NCBI GenBank assembly: GCA_043228905.1
Contig: JBHGNT010000007.1
Location: forward strand, 11,408,001 to 11,472,000
From: Azolla caroliniana
Taxonomy: Eukaryota > Plantae > Polypodiophyta
Direction: 5' to 3'
DNA: 64,000 bases
The notes beneath the pieces were generated by a model. It did no database searches. It saw only the letters and a list, made by a program, of their open reading frames with translations, and was not told where the DNA came from. Positions within the stretch are counted from its first letter, which is position 1. Each line of letters opens with the position of its first letter. This document shows positions 61,626 to 64,000 of the stretch, piece by piece. The position numbers were made by a program, and so were the translations under genes.

Positions 61626-64000
61626 ATACATCACTCCTCATCGAGTATGTCCAATATGCTCTGATCAGATCCACGATTTCGAATGGTTCTTGATTATGTT
61701 GTTGCTCCTACTGTGCCTATTGTTGCTCTCCGACTTCGTCTGGCTGAGGCATCTCCGTTCTTGCATCGGTTTCAGTATTCTCTCCGGTTCCTGCTTGCTG
61801 CTCCGACCCGATCGCTTGGTTCTGGTCCGGACCGACTTCCTTTGGTTGTTCACCTTCGGCTTCATTTGGCAACTCCTCCTATTGCATTTGCAGTTCCACA
61901 GTCTGCTCCTCATCACTTATATTTATTGCCGCCATCCATTTTTTTGCTTCCATCCATTGGCACTCCCGTTGAAATTGCTCAAACTGGAGTTATGTTCCAA
62001 GTTGATCATCATTAAGTGTTTGAATCAGAATCCCGAAGGCTTCGAGGTGAGCTATGGCCAAGGAAAAGAAGTCGTTTGCCAACTCCTCTCGGATGTTGAC
62101 AATAATTTCTTCATCCATCACTCCGCATCTAGTTGCTTGTGGTCCCGGTGCAGTTTATCGAAGTCTTACATTTGACGCAACCCAAGGTCATCCGAGAAAT
62201 GCCGCAACTTGTCAAGACCAAGAGGCTTGGTGAAAATGTCGGCAACTTGTCAACCCGTCGGAACATACGCTAGTTTGACGTCACCTGAAAGGACCCGCTT
62301 GCGGACAAAATGATAATGCACCTCAATGTGCTTGGTCCGGGCGTGGAATATAGGGTTTTTTTCAAGGTGGATACTGCTAAAGTTGTCACAATAGATCATC
62401 GTCGGATCGGACACCTCCACATGCAGATCCTGTAACAGTCTTTTTAGCCAAATGACTTCCCATGTAGCGACAGCCGCCCCTCGATATTCGGGCTCCATGC
62501 TCGATAGTGCTACTGTCGGCTGCTTCTTACTGCTCCATGCGATCGCCGCACTTCCTAATGAGAAGGCGTATCCAGATGAGGATCTACAATCACTGACGTT
62601 TCCGGCCCAATCAACATCCGTATAGCCAACCATATGTTCGGCTACGCTGCCGAATACAACAACACCATGTCTTTCGTGCCGCTGACATATCGCAATATCC
62701 TTTGCGCGCACTGAAAGTGTTCAACCATAAGCTACAACATAAACTAATTGATCAGTCCGACCAGGCAGTTGAGGTCCAGCCTGGTGATCGTCAAATATAT
62801 CAGGCTTTCGACAATCTGTCGAAACCGTGTCAGGTCACATGCCTTTCCCAAATCTCAGCGAAACTTTGCATTTCTATCCAGAGGGTTCGAGATGGGCTTA
62901 CAGTTGGCCATCCCGAACTTGAAGAGCATATTCAGCGCGTAATGACGTTGGCTGATCAATATGCCTTCCGGGGCGCGGATCACTTCGATCCCAAAGAAGT
63001 AATGAAGGTCTCCAAGATCCTTCATTTCGAATGATGCCGCAAGCTGAGACTTTACACGACGGATTTCATCCAGGTCGGCACCGGCGATGACTAAATCATC
63101 AACATACAGTAGAAGGCTAACCAGTCCATATTGACCTTGCCGAACAAATAGTGAAGAGTCTGATCTCGACGTCATAAACCCCATAGTACGCAACTGTTGT
63201 GTAATCTTCGCGTTCCAAGCTCATGGGGCTTGCTTAAGTCTGTAGAGTGACTTCTTCAGTCGGCAAACTGCTGAAGTGTTTCGTTCGGATAGAAATCCGG
63301 GGGGTTGTACCATGTACACCTATTCCTCAAGATCACCTTGTAGGAACGCGTTCTTTACATCCATCTGATGTAAGTGACACCCCTTTGCCGCAACTACGGC
63401 TAGCAGAACACGCACGGTAGTCATCTTCGCGACATGCACGAAGGTCTCGTCGTAGTCCACGTCGTGCTTTTGCGCGTAGCCTTCCACAACTAAACGGCCC
63501 TTGTATCGATTGACTGAGTCATTGGTATTGTATTTCACTTTATACACCCACCTACATCCGATCGGCTTTACACCCTTTGGTGCGTCAACCAGGTCCCAAG
63601 TCTCATTATCAGTCAAAGCATGCATCTCTTCCTCCATCGCGGCACACCGGTTTGCGTCTTTCGCCACTTCTGCGTAGCTCTCTGGCTCACACTTCCACCA
63701 CTTGTGTCATGTACGCGTAATGGTGCGCCATGTACTCATTATACCCGTATCTCTTTACGGGATTCTTCAGGCAGGTAGATCAGCGTAATTCGTGATTACC
63801 CGATTTCACGACCTTTTTGGCTAATGTCAACCTCTTCCGTGGAGGTTCCTTTTCAGTTTGCCCGTAGTCAGACTCAACATTGTGGAAATCGTACTACGAC
63901 ATCTTTTTCTTCCCTTTCTCCTTGTGCATAAACCGTCTCCTCGGTTCTTTACGCGAGGACATCACGGCCGAGTCTTCACTACTCGCCATCTCTTCATTTG
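61626..64000 (-). mobile_element. 3' part of another family A-like copia (RT, RNase H), degenerate, continues beyond the window
   Basis: [66 protein letters not shown]. Confidence 0.9.

Overview
Eukaryotic, apparently land-plant, repeat-rich DNA with no recognisable host gene. The plant call rests on Met-i tRNA PBSs, TTTAGGG tracts, GT-AG introns and CG/CHG-type C>T decay. A non-seed plant such as a fern is a guess from the Tcn1-like chromovirus. Most of the window is a nest of Ty1/copia and Ty3/gypsy LTR retrotransposons whose LTRs, PBSs, PPTs and TSDs can be read directly. The standout is a DNA transposon present in two diverged copies. Copy 1 is 1522-9064, with 37-bp TIRs and a 4-bp TSD. 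Copy 2 is about 51267-60640, with its right end not found. Each copy has a Sola1-like/DUF7869-type DDD transposase head-to-head with an intron-containing gene fusing a ParB/Srx-like domain to a beta-class amino (N6A/N4C) DNA methyltransferase. Copy 2 also carries a strictly 51-bp-periodic array of palindromes in the region corresponding to the first intron of copy 1. Both copies are now disrupted by stops or frameshifts. Other oddities: a 2.7-kb foldback element, a young chromovirus with Tf1-like self-priming and a -1 frameshift signal, tRNA-like Pol III modules inside two LTR families, and a gag-only LTR element. All family assignments are from motif reading by eye, with no database searches.
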